NCBI GenBank assembly: GCA_012295275.1
Contig: CM022675.1
Span: forward strand, 4,526,001 to 4,590,000
Source of the DNA: Chrysomallon squamiferum
Taxonomy: Eukaryota > Animalia > Mollusca
Direction of reading: 5' to 3'
DNA: 64,000 bases
Part shown: one piece after another, positions 1 to 17,551 of the stretch
Position numbering within the stretch: position 1 is the stretch's first letter
How the letters are laid out: every line of letters begins with the position of its first letter
The notes under the pieces: generated by a model
What the model was told of the DNA's origin: nothing
Seen by the model: only the letters and a program-made list of their open reading frames with translations
The model's database searches: none
Translations under genes and position numbers: made by a program

Positions 1-396
1 ACAAATACAAAGGAAAAGGTAAAAATAATAATACAAATAATCAAACAATAAAAGCGGTATTAGACACTAATAACACCGTGTTTAAAACAACAACAACAAC
101 ATCAAAATAAATAATAAAATAACTCTTAAATAATAATAATAATAAAAAGTGGTATGAGACACTTTTAAGATGGATTTCAAAAAACACTTCATAGCAGACG
201 ACAAATTTTGTACCAAATTATCGATCGAGTTACTACTGACTTCAGAAATTTCCAGAACAAAATAAAAAGTTCCACTGCCTTCAGAAACGTTGTCGTTGTT
301 GTCGAAATCGTCGTGGACGTTATCAGAGATTTCTGATTTCCTAGTAGGAATGTGATTGTTAGACGAAGCAGTGTGTCTATACAGACTGGGTTGTGG

Positions 397-5265
<4,869 letters not shown>

Positions 5266-5346
5266 ACGAGTGTGAAGATTGCAAGTAGCCTTACAATGAG
5301 AATTAATGTTGCGGACTTCCGTATGTTTAGTACTAGATGCTGAGCT

Positions 5347-5797
5347 AGGGTTAGGGTTAGGGTTAGGGTTAGGGTTAGGGTTAGGGTTAGGGTTAGGGTT
5401 AGGGTTAGGGTTAGGGTTAGCGTTAGGGTTAGGGTTAGGGTTAGGGTTAGGGTCAGGGTTAGGGTTAGGGTTAGGGTCAGGGTTAGGGTTAGGGTCAGGG
5501 TTAGGGTTAGGGTTAGGGGCAGGGTTAGGGTTAGGGTCAGGGTTAGGGTCAGGGTCAGGGTCAGGGTGAGGGTGAGGGTGAGGGTCAGGGTCAGGGTCAG
5601 GGTCAGGGTCAGGGTCAGGGTCAGGGTCAGGGTCAGGGTCAGGGTTAGGGTCAGGGTCAGGGTCAGGGTCAGGGTCAGGGTCAGGGTCAGGGTCAGGGTC
5701 AGGGTCAGTGTCAGGGTCAGGGTCAGGGTCAGGGTCAGGGTCAGGGTCAGGGTCAGGGTTAGGGTTAGGGTTAGGGTTAGGGTTAGGGTTAGGGTTA
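5347..5797 (+). repeat. Interstitial telomeric tract (TTAGGG)n with TCAGGG/TGAGGG variants
   Basis: About 450 bp of GGGTTA, GGGTCA and GGGTGA hexamers, read directly. Confidence 0.95.
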
Positions 5798-6129
5798 GCC
5801 ATAGAGCTACGGTTATCAAAATGTTATTACAAGTGTGATGATTGTCTGAGAAATAATATCAGGGTCACAATTAGAAGTAGCCTTAGTATAAGAATTAATG
5901 CTCCAGACTAATCTAGAATTAGATTTAGGATCTCAGCTTGGGTTAGCGTTTGAGTTAGCTTTAGGGTTAGAGTTAGGGTTAGGGTTAGCCTTAGAGCTAG
6001 GGTTATTTAAATTGCATTGCGAGTATTATGTTTATGTGACCAATAATATGACTATGAAGATTGCAAGTAGCCTTAGAATTAGAATTAATGTTTCGGACTT
6101 GAGTAGGTTTAGAACTGGATGCTGAGCTA

Positions 6130-6386
6130 GGGTTAGGTTTAGTGTTAGTGTTAGCCTTAGAAATAGAACTAGGGTTAGGTTTAGTGTTAGTGTTAGCCTT
6201 AGAAATAGAACTAGGGTTAGGTTTAGTGTTAGTGTTAGCCTTAGAAATAGAACTAGGGTTAGGTTTAGTGTTAGTGTTAGCCTTAGAAATAGAACTAGGG
6301 TTAGGTTTAGTGTTAGTGTTAGCCTTAGAAATAGAACTAGGGTTAGGTTTAGTGTTAGTGTTAGCCTTAGAAACAGAACTAGGGTT
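6130..6386 (+). repeat. 42-bp minisatellite x6 built from degenerate telomeric hexamers
   Basis: Unit agggtt-aggttt-agtgtt-agtgtt-agcctt-agaaat-agaact repeated about six times. Confidence 0.9.
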
Positions 6387-7383
6387 ACATGAGATTTATT
6401 ACAAATGTTATGTTTATTTCAGAAATAATATGTGTCACGATAACAAGTACCCTTAGTATAAGAATTAATGTTGCGGACTTGTGTAGGATTAGTTTTTGAA
6501 ACTGAGCTAGGGTTAGGGTTAGGATTAGGGTTATGTTTAGAGATAGCCTTAGATCTAGGGTTATGTAAATTTTATTCCAAGTTTTATGCTTATGAGACCA
6601 ATAATATGAGTGTGAAGATTGCAAGTAGCCTTAGAAGGAGAATTAATGTTGCAGACTTGCGTCGATTTAGTACTAGATGCTGATCTAGGGATAGAGTTAG
6701 GGTTAGGGTTAGGGTTAGCATAGACATAGCGTTTTCTAAATTTGATATCAAGTGAAATGCTTTAAGTCAGAAATAATATGAATGTCACGGTAATAAGTAG
6801 GCATAGTACAAGAATTAATGTTGCAGACTTGTGTAGGATTAGTTTTAGAAACTGAGCTAGGGTTAGGGTTAGGGTTAGGGTTAGGGTTAGCGTTAGCCTT
6901 GGAGCTAGGGTTATCTAAATTTTATTGCAAATGTGATGATTTTCTGAGAAATAATATGAGGGTCACAATTACAGGTAGCCTTAGTATTAGAATTAATTTG
7001 CTGACTTGTGTAGGATTAGTTTTAGAAACTGAGCTAGGGTTAGGGTTAGGGTTAGCGTTAGAGCTGGGTTTATCTAAATTTTATTGCTAGTATTATCGTA
7101 AATTTTTCTACTACTTTCGGGTGACAAAACCTTTTATACTGGACAGACAAAATGAAGCTAAGATATTTAATTTTTGTTTCGCCGAGATTGTTTATATGAA
7201 GTCAGAATATATCGATATACTGGATGATCCATTTGAATAGTAGCGAGGTTTAGTGTATCAGAATAAAGTTAGGTTACTGAACTGAAAATGCTAAATGAAT
7301 ATGAAGGATTATTAAAACAAAATATTAAAATATCCTTAGTTTATTATATAGAGTCAGTATATAATGTAAAATAATGTAATATA

Positions 7384-7418
<35 letters not shown>

Positions 7419-8131
7419 TTTCTACTTTGATGGTTTTTTATTCATCAAGTTTATTTCTATATATAAATATATATATAGAAACACACAGAGACACATATAC
7501 ACGTATAAACATACATAAACATGCATAAATATAGAGGCAGTTTTTAGGTGTTTTATTTATAATTTTTATAATAAGTTAGTGCATGAAGTAAAGTTTGTGA
7601 TGGCTTTCCAAAAACTGTAACACATGACAATATCGAATTTAGGATTTCGGAATTTCGAATAGCGTATACTTAATCCGTTATAGTAATTAAAAAACAAACA
7701 AAACAAACAACAACAACTAACAAACAAACAAAAAGAAACTAATAACAATAGAAAAAAAAGCTGGTTGGATTTCAGAAGACAAATTTTGTTTCAGTGCAGT
7801 TTAATACTGAAAATGTTAGCCTAAGAACAGATTTCACATGTCATAGAAATAAGGTAAAGAATAAATCACATTGACGAAAAGTTCGTTTAGATGTAATGAA
7901 AAAGTATAAATACAAGATGTAAAGGTAAAAATAATTAACATCGAGTTTAAAACAACAACAACAACAACAGCAATAAAAATAATAAAAAAATAAAAATTAA
8001 AAAGCTGTGATATGAAGCACTTCTGACATGTGTTAAAAAAATAGAAAAAATACATAAAAATCAATGGTATTGAACACTGTTAACAAGAGTTAAATAATAA
8101 TAACAATAATAACAATAACAATAATAATAAC

Positions 8132-8180
<49 letters not shown>

Positions 8181-8321
8181 GTAACAATAGTTATAATAAG
8201 AAGAAGAAGAATAAGAATAAGAATATCAATTACAACTTTTGAGTTCGATTTTTAAAAAAAAAAACAGGAAAAAGAAGAAGAAAGAAAAACCCTGGTGTAT
8301 GAGACACTACTGAGATCCTTT

Positions 8322-9049
8322 TCAATCAGAATTTTTCAGAACAAAGAAAAAACAACATTTCGACGTCTTCAGAAATATCGTCGTTGTCGAATCGTCGTGG
8401 ACGTTATCGGAGATTTCTGATTTCCTAGAGGGGATTGAATTGTTAGACGAGGCAGTATCTCTACACAGACTGGGGTGTGGTAAATCGGAAGTAACAGTAT
8501 CAGCCATGTCGTAGAGGTCGCTGTCAGGTTGCTTATACAGTTGCTGTTGGAGGTTGTCTCTTCATGGTGTCGTAGTCTTCATGTAGTTGTCTTTTGTTTG
8601 CTTGTGCTGTCGAAGTTGCCATCATTGTCGAGACGAAGCTGGCTGTAGACATGAGACGTAGTTGTTACGTTTTCCTTATCATAGGTATGGTAGTCACTGT
8701 CGTCGTCTCCAGCAAGGTTGCTGTTGATGTTAGATTTAGGAGTTGTTGTATTTGTTGTGCTGTACACTTCAGACGTTGCAGTTGCAGTTTTGATATCCGC
8801 TGTGGCGTAGTCTCCATCGCTGTTGTCAGCAGTAGATCTGTTATTGGGAAGTGCTTTAACATTTCTGTGTTCCACGTTGGTACCAACATGAGGTTTTGTT
8901 CATTTTCTGGTTCAAATTTAAAACAAAGTCGACTGGTTCTGGAATACACACACACAAACACACACAAAACAATTATATACTACATGTATGTACAAAGCAC
9001 ATAATGTATACATACATATCAACATGCATCTATTTCGGTCGATTAATTA

Positions 9050-9127
<78 letters not shown>

Positions 9128-9612
9128 TATTATTATTATTATAAAAAAACAAAAATATACCGTTTAGTCCACAGTAAAATCACAAATACGACAAGCAACA
9201 CTACTACAACAGCAGCAACACCACCACCAGCGAGTCTACAAAATATAAAAATTGACTGAAATAAAAACTCATACTGTATGTCTTTATGTATGATTATTTA
9301 ACCTTTCAACAACAAACTGGTCTAGGTTCTCTCTTGTTTTCTTCTTTCCCTTCATCTCCATTGAGAATTGCAAACATTTATTTATTTAACACAGACTGAA
9401 CCAATTTAAGATAATTATAACACACAGACAAGCTATATCAGTTATTTTGCAGAGAAGAGTAAAAAAAAATACCAGTGTTTTATTACCAGCAGTGAAAATA
9501 TATGTTATTTATGATGAGAGCACATTCTTGCTTGTTATATATTTTGTAGATGATTTTGCTAAAATAATTACGTGTGTTTTTGTTTGATCCCTTTTTTCTA
9601 TGTTATTTATGC

Positions 9613-9702
<90 letters not shown>

Positions 9703-10401
9703 TTTGGTAAAGTAACAACACCACAAACAATAGTAATAATGTTGATGATGGTAATGGTAATGATGATGATGATGATAATGGTACTAATAGTAATAAAATA
9801 AAACAATATTAAAATAGATTAAAGGACTATTATTATTTTTATTTTTATTTTTTTTTTGTAAAGAAATGTTACGTGCCAATAATATGAGATGTAAAATAGA
9901 CTAATTAATAAAATATGTAAAATATTACTCAAAAATAATGAATAAATAACATTAGTCAATTACGTTAGTTTGTAGAGGAACTGAATAAATGATAAATGAA
10001 TAAATATGTGCATAGTAACAACGACATCACCATGAATAATAGTAATTATTATTATCATTGTTTTTGTTTACTTTTTAATTTAATAAATAAACAAATACAT
10101 AAATAAATAGTTAAATAAATAAGTAAGTAAGTAAATAAATAAACAAAGAAAGAAAGACAGAAAGAAAGAAAGATAGAAAGAAAGAAAGAGAGAAAGAAAG
10201 AAAGAAAGAAGATGAAGAATAATAAGAAAAATATGTACTTACATTTTTGATAAACTGATTTCCTTTCTAAATTCGAGTTTATAATATTTTTAACAATATG
10301 TACTTCGTAATAAAAGGTCCAAGGCGGCCATTTCTTGATCTTTCTCCATGACATACTTCCCTGATTCTTTGTGTAATGATAATTTGTATTCATTACTGAA
10401 C
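8322..10401 (-). pseudogene. Receptor copy 2, 3' fragment (CTLD2-C exon, TM exon, degenerate tail)
   Basis: CTLD2-C exon 10243-10401 (terminal Cys replaced by Tyr, SVYQK). TM exon 9161-9235 is 75 nt versus 76 in paralogs, a frameshift. Tail exon from 8938 has deletions and a frameshift. No stalk exon and no exons 1-6 are seen upstream. Confidence 0.8.
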
Positions 10402-10934
10402 CTATTAAAAAAATAATAATAATAAAATAAAATAAAATAATTTCAGCCACTATAAAAATTACTATTATTTCTTCTGCACTGCTACTACCGCTACTACTCC
10501 CACTACTACCACTGCTTATTCGTTGTATTACTGTAATTTTCATTTGTTACTGAAAAAAAGACACATCTGTATCTCCAGAAAGCATAGAAAGGTACTACAG
10601 CTATTACTGTTGCTGCTGCTACTACTACTGCAGTTACCCTTCTACCAGCAGCACTATCACCAATACTTCTACTACTGCAACTGTCACTACTCTTACTGAT
10701 GCTGCTATTACTACTAATATCACTACAAATATTACTACAACTGTACTACTAATGTTACTAATGCTGTTACTACTACGACTATTAGTATTGACAAATACTA
10801 CTACTAACACTACCACTATTACACTTAAATCTCAATGAAAGAATAAATATAAAACATTCTGAGATTGTTTTACTTCAGGTTTTGCTGTCAGATCTAATTT
10901 GAACTTTTACAATTGGAGTATAAAAATATTAAAA

Positions 10935-11242
10935 TATTCACAGCTTATTTTCATGTAGACATATTTACAACTTATTTTCATCTAGACGTATTTACAACTT
11001 ATTTTCATGTAGACGTATTCAGAGCTTATTTTCATGTAGACGTATTCACGGCTCATTTTCTTGTAGACGTATTTACAGCTTATTTTCATGTAGACGTATT
11101 CTCAGCTTATTTTCATGTTGACGTATTCTCAGCTTATTTTTCATTTAGACATATTAACAACTTTTTTCATGCGTATTCACAGCTTATTTTCATGTAAACG
11201 TATTCTCAGCTTATTTTCATGTAGACGTATTCACAGCTTAAT
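10935..11242 (+). repeat. 27-bp minisatellite
   Basis: About 11 copies of cagcttattttcatgtagacgtattca. Shorter related arrays lie at ~41070-41130 and 48880-49170. Confidence 0.9.
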
Positions 11243-12448
11243 TTCACATACACCTGTATTTCCACCGTCTTTTCATAAACACGTGTTTCCAGCTAATTTT
11301 CAGGATGACCACGTAAGATTACGAAGAGAACAGACAATATTAGATTCAAAACCAGTGTCTACTTCAGTTCTTTGCAAAGCTGATAAATACAAGACATTTT
11401 GTATAAAACCCCACAAAACTAACAAGAAAACAATATCTTATTTGTCGTATTTGTTTAAAAACAATTACATTTGTAAATTTCAAGCACTTGTGTATTGTTC
11501 GTTGGTTACAAACATATCATTTTATCATTAATATACAATGATTGAAGATCTGTGCAATACAAATAACGGAAACCTGTTGTTTTGTTACATAATCATTTTG
11601 ACACATAAAAATCTGGGTGGGATATTACCTGGGACAGAGATTACACAAGTAGTATATCTCAGTTTTATAACACTCAGTCATACAGAGAATGTTAATACTA
11701 ATTAAACAAACAGCTGTAATTAATTTAGATCATCTTCACAGATGGCTACGTTCTACCTGTAAAGTAGTTAATGTATTTTTAAAATTCTTTGTCGTACAGA
11801 TAAATAAAAGTAATTTTTGTCTGCAGATAAATTCTTTAAATTCATTCAGTTTAAAATTCTGCCTGTTCTGTGATTTTCATTTGCAGATTGTTTATAACAA
11901 AATAAATTCGCTTGTGTTGTTTATGTTTAGTGATGACAGTCACACTCCATACTACAAAATTACTTGTTTCACATTGTTAAACTAGAAACTTTGAAGTTGA
12001 CGAACGTCAGGTCTGCCAGGTAGTAATGAGATAACAACGTGTTTTGTCACATTTTTGTAGTCATCACGTTTTATTACTAAATTTATGATAAGTAATATAT
12101 TGCAAAATCTCACTAGAAACTTGTCATTAGTTTTAAAACTGATGTTCTAAAATTTTAGTTTTACATATTTTGGGGTTTTTAAGTTATTTATTTAGTTATA
12201 TCCTGTGACATTATCTTTAAATATCCTTGATTTTAGACACAAAACGTTTTACAGATCAATCTAAATCAGGCCACACGTTTTATATTACTTTAATTTTGAA
12301 AAATATGCACTTCAAATTCACAGGATGTCACAAATAAAAATAAAATGTTCAGTTTAGGTTTTCACTGTTTATTTTATTTAATAATGATGTGCTGTCTCTA
12401 GTGAAAGACGCAGATTAACTCTTATCACGGGTGTAACTGGTTTCACTT

Positions 12449-12537
12449 GAAGTGATTTCGAGAATATCGCGAGTTTTACCGATCATTAGAATGCGCAGCG
12501 CAGTCTTAAAATAGCGCAGATGGACAAATAGCGGAGA
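12449..12537. promoter_or_regulatory. Conserved CpG-rich ~90-bp block in the intergenic part of the repeat unit
   Basis: gaagtgatttcgagaatatcgcgagttttaccgatcattagaatgcgcagcgcagtcttaaaatagcgcag... is near-identical at 21647, 50306 and 61813 (partial at 32177). A regulatory role is inferred. Confidence 0.4.
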
Positions 12538-12714
12538 ATACACACACACAGTTACATAATATGGTTGTCACCTACGTCATAATAATATCTCCTATGTGTT
12601 AATGTGACATTTTATCTTTCTTGTTCTTTCTTTTTCCCTCCCATTGGTTTTAATATCACTAATACATTGTTATTGTTATCATCAACATCATCATCATCAT
12701 CATCACCGTCATTT

Positions 12715-12763
<49 letters not shown>

Positions 12764-14648
12764 ATTTACATTATTAAATATATATGATCTGTGAGAAATA
12801 TGTGACTGATAACACTGGTTTCAGATGATAGTCACTGTGTTAGTTAAAGTTTGCTGTTTGTTTGTAGTAATCAATTAACTGAAACTTTAGTCTGTTTTTT
12901 TTTAATGATGGACCCAGTCTGTGAAGCCTCAGAAGCAATCATACCAATATGTTGAGACATCAAGAACAACTGTCTCACAAAAAACAGTTAAAATAAAATT
13001 AATATATTACATTACACTAAGTTTCACAGTTGTATTTCCGTCACAAAGTCTGACTTCACTGAATGCAGCTAAAAAACAAAGCTGTAGTAAACCTAGGTTC
13101 TTGAAAATCAACTTTTGGAATGTTGAAATGTTGAAATGTAAAATAATATAAACCACATAAACACGAATATACCTCTAGAAATACATCGTATATGTGTGTG
13201 TGTCTGTGTGTGTGTGTTTAAGTGTGTGTGCATGTGTGTGTGTGTGTGTGAGTGAGAGAGAGTGTGTGTGTGCCTGTGTGAGAGAGATAGAGAGTGCGTG
13301 TGTTTGTTTTTGTGTGTGTGTGTGTGTGTGTTTTGTGGCGATGTAATTTTTTAAGGCTCAAATTTCAAGGACCCCTTCTGAAGCGAGATTATCTCTCGAA
13401 AACAGTAAAGAGACATTATAGAAATTTTTCATCAAGCTTTTCTAGTACTTTCGGGTGACAAAACCTTTTATTACGGACAAACAATTGAAGCTAAAATATT
13501 TAATTTGTGTTTGGTCGAGGCTGTTTATATGAAGAAAACTCGTAGACAAAACCTCGTGAACGTAACAAGTAGTGTATGAACGATGTTAGTGATACACGTT
13601 CACAAAACCATAACAAAATGGCAGCTATGCCAAAGTACTTCCAACTGAGATTAAACCTTTTTCTTCAGACTACAAGGTAACACTGGTGCAATAAACACAA
13701 AGATAAGACTTCAGATTTTCCATTTATCCATTTTTTATTCAAATAGGACTTGAAACAGAGAATAAGTCAAACGTTGGAAAGACAAAATATATAGATATGG
13801 CGAATGATCAGTTTTAATAATAACAAGGTTTACTGTATCACAATAAAGTTAGGTTAATAGTAAAACTGTTAGTATAAAACAGACTTCGAGTACGAAACAG
13901 AAAATGCAAAATGTATATGAAGGATTATTCAAAATAAAATATTGAAATATCCTTAGTTGATTATATAGATTCATTATATAATATAATATAAAGTAATGTA
14001 ATACAGATATATTTTTTCTCATACATTTCACTATATATAAATATATAATAAAACATTGCAGAAACACACACACACACACATACATACATACATACATACA
14101 TACATACATACATACATACATACACATGAATAAATATACATATAGTCTTCATGTACACTAATATTTATAATAAGTTTGCGCATGAAGTAAACTTGGCTAC
14201 ATCTACCGGTAAACTGTAACACATCAAAATCTCGAATGTAGGATTTTGGAATTTCGAATAACGTACCCTTAAACTGTTATAAGAATAATAATAATAAAAA
14301 TAAAATCAGCTAGCGAGGATTTCTTCAACAGACAAAATTTTACATCAGTTCAGATTAATACTTAAAAAGTTAGTGTAAGAACAGGTTTCATATGTCACAG
14401 AAATAAAGTAAAAAATAAATCGCACAGACGAAAAGTTCATTTAGATTTTAGGATAAACTCAAATACAAAATACAAAGGTAAAAGTAATAATACAAAAAAT
14501 GCGAACAAAAGAAGCGGAATTAACTATTAACATAGTGTTTACAACAACAACGACAACGACAACAAAATAAATCAGTCAATAATAAAATCTCAAAAAATAA
14601 AATTAAATATTAAAACATAAAACTAGGATGAAGCACTGTTAATACATA

Positions 14649-14713
<65 letters not shown>

Positions 14714-14721
14714 TGATGATG

Positions 14722-14758
<37 letters not shown>

Positions 14759-15011
14759 GTGGTATGAGACACTGTTAAGATGGATTTAAAAAAAACAGTT
14801 AATAGCAGACGACAAATTTTGTATCAAAATATCTATCGAGTTACTACTGACATTCTTTTCAGTAAGAATTTTCCAGAACAAAATAAAAATGTCCACTGTC
14901 TTGAGAAACGTTGTCGTTGTTGTCCGAATCGTCGTGGACGTTATCGGATATTTCTGATTTCCTAGTAGGAATTTGATTGTTAGAAGAGGCAGTATCTCTA
15001 TACAGACTGGG

Positions 15012-17024
15012 CTATGGTAAATCGGAAGTAACGGTATCAGCGATGTCGTAGAGGTCGCTGTCAGGTTGGTTAAGATGGTTATACAGTTCTGATGTTGTTG
15101 TTGATGTTGGAGATTTCCTGTCCATGCTGTCGTAGTCTTCAGAATCAACGAGGTGGCTATAGATATCAGATACAGTTGCAGTTGTCTTTTCTTTGTTTGT
15201 GATGTCGTAGTCGCTGTCATTGTGAACACCAAGCCGGTTGTAGACATCAGACGTAGTTGTTTTCTTTTTCTTATCACAGGTATCGTAGTCACCGTCGTTT
15301 TCCCCAGCAAGGTTGTTGTAGATGTTAGATGTACGAGTTGTTGTATTTGTTGTGTCTGTGTTGTTGTAGTCTCCGTCATGGCTACCTGAAAGGTGTTTGT
15401 CCACTTCAGATGTTGTAGTAGCTGCCGTGTTGATATCCGCTATGTCGTAGTCTCCAGTAGATCTGTTATTGGGAAGTGCTTTAACATCTGCGATGTCGTA
15501 GTCGTTATCATTTCTGTTTTCCATGTTGACTGTAACTCCGCTTGGGACGTTGTAGTAAACACTGTGGTTTCCTTGATTTTCTGATTCAAATTCATAATCT
15601 GCCGACGTCGACGTCGTTGTTACCTCATAACTCGGATTTGTGAGACTAGGTTGTAAATGTAAACCAGAGCTGGTTTCATTGTTTCTTTTGTTAAAATTAA
15701 TTCTTGATTCTGGTAACTTCTGAGTTTTAAAACAAAATCTACGTGTTCTGAAAAATGAAGATATTATTTAAATTTAAACTGTGAAATACTAAATTAGTTT
15801 TATTATACGAGTTTCTGTCGTGACGACTCTGATAATTCAAAGGAAAAACTATTTTACATTTCAAATTAAACTGACGTTTAAGTGAGAAGCATAACAGTGA
15901 AATATATAGATGCTTTTTTCTTTTAATTTGTTTCATACCTTTTATTTTCGTTCATACTTTCTTGTTCTTTCAAACCTCTTTCTTTTTTATTCTTACCTCT
16001 TTCTTTTTTATTTTTTTTTTCAAACCTCTTTCTTTTTTATTCTTTCTTTTTTCTTAGTATTTTTAACAAACATAATAAAGACCACATTGTTTTTTCTTTC
16101 TTTTTCATTCATTCATTATTTTTGTTGGGGTATTTTTTTCTGTTTTTCTGCTTCATGAATTTCATAATTTGGTTTACTAAATAGTTATAAGAAATTCCTA
16201 CCGTTTAGACCAAAGTACGACGATAACAGTGACTACCAACACAACTACAACAGCAGCGACGCCACCACCAACAGATGCTGAAAATAGTTAACATTGATTT
16301 TAATCTAAGAACAATTAACTATGTCAATGTTTTTTATTGATCTGTCTGTTTGTTTGTTATTATTTATTTCCCTTACTACTGAAATAATTTTATTAATTTT
16401 AATACAAATATAAGTCATTACAAATCCCTTTTTTCAAATTACATTGTATTAAATAAATTACTGACAGTATTAAAATAAAATGAATCTGATAAATTAAAAA
16501 CAAATAATTGAAAATCATACTGAAAATATATTTAATTAATTTTAATAAGGTTAGCAGAATAAATCTAGTAAATTAACACAAAGCTAGTAAAATAGGGTTT
16601 AAACAAAGCTAATAAATGAATACTTATCATAAAATTAATAAATTAATTTTTTTGAATTAAGCTGTAAAAAAATCTTGAGATAAAAACTAATAAATTAAAT
16701 CTAATAAACTGAAGCAAATAAATAAATAAATATAAACTAGTAAAATATATCTAGTAAATTAAATATACTCAGATAAATAGTAAAATTAAAACTAACCTGA
16801 CTTGTTTGATGAATGTTGTGTCTCAGTGGATTGGTTAGTTGGAATTATCTCCCTTGATTTTGTTGGTTCAGAAATAGTAGAAAAAGACGGATTGGAGAAA
16901 AGTATGAAAGTTGATAATTTTTTTTTTTTCTAACTTTATTATTATTATTATTATTTTATTATTATTATTATTATTATTATTTATAGACAGATCATTCTGC
17001 AATTGATGTATCTGTTATTTTATG

Positions 17025-17105
<81 letters not shown>

Positions 17106-17512
17106 ATAGACACAACAAACAATAACCTTTTAAGAGTTTCCTTTCGTATTTTATCCTGTTACAAACTGAAATATATACACACATACACACATACATACAT
17201 ACATACAACAGTCCACATAGTTTTATTTGTTGTTATACAGGTTATACTCACACTTCTGACAAATTGTCTGAAATTTAGTCTGTGGAGAGTAATAATTATA
17301 TAATTCCTCATCTGCACTATTAACGAGCCAAACCAGACTTTTAAGAAACTCCGTTTTACCAGAAACTAGTTTCTTGTACGACACTTCGCTACCTGAAATG
17401 AAATACGTTTCTGTTTAGAGATTAATTGATATGAAGTAATAAATCTATAGAAAAAACCCACATTTGTGATGTTGAACTACTAATTAATTAAAGAAGAAAA
17501 ACATCAAGGACA

Positions 17513-17551
<39 letters not shown>

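Larger units (their letters stand above)
5266..7090 (+). repeat. Composite interstitial telomere-like satellite (AT-rich spacer units each ending in TTAGGG tracts)
   Basis: Recurring unit aataatatgagtgt...aagtagccttag..agaattaatgttgc.gactt...gagctagggttagggtt. Includes a long TTAGGG/TCAGGG tract and a 42-bp tandem array. Confidence 0.9.

Noticed and set aside
10935-11242. 27-bp (and 42-bp and 56-bp) periodic arrays as CRISPR-like or coding repeats
   Set aside because: Head-to-tail units with no unique spacers, in a eukaryotic context with no cas genes; ordinary minisatellites.
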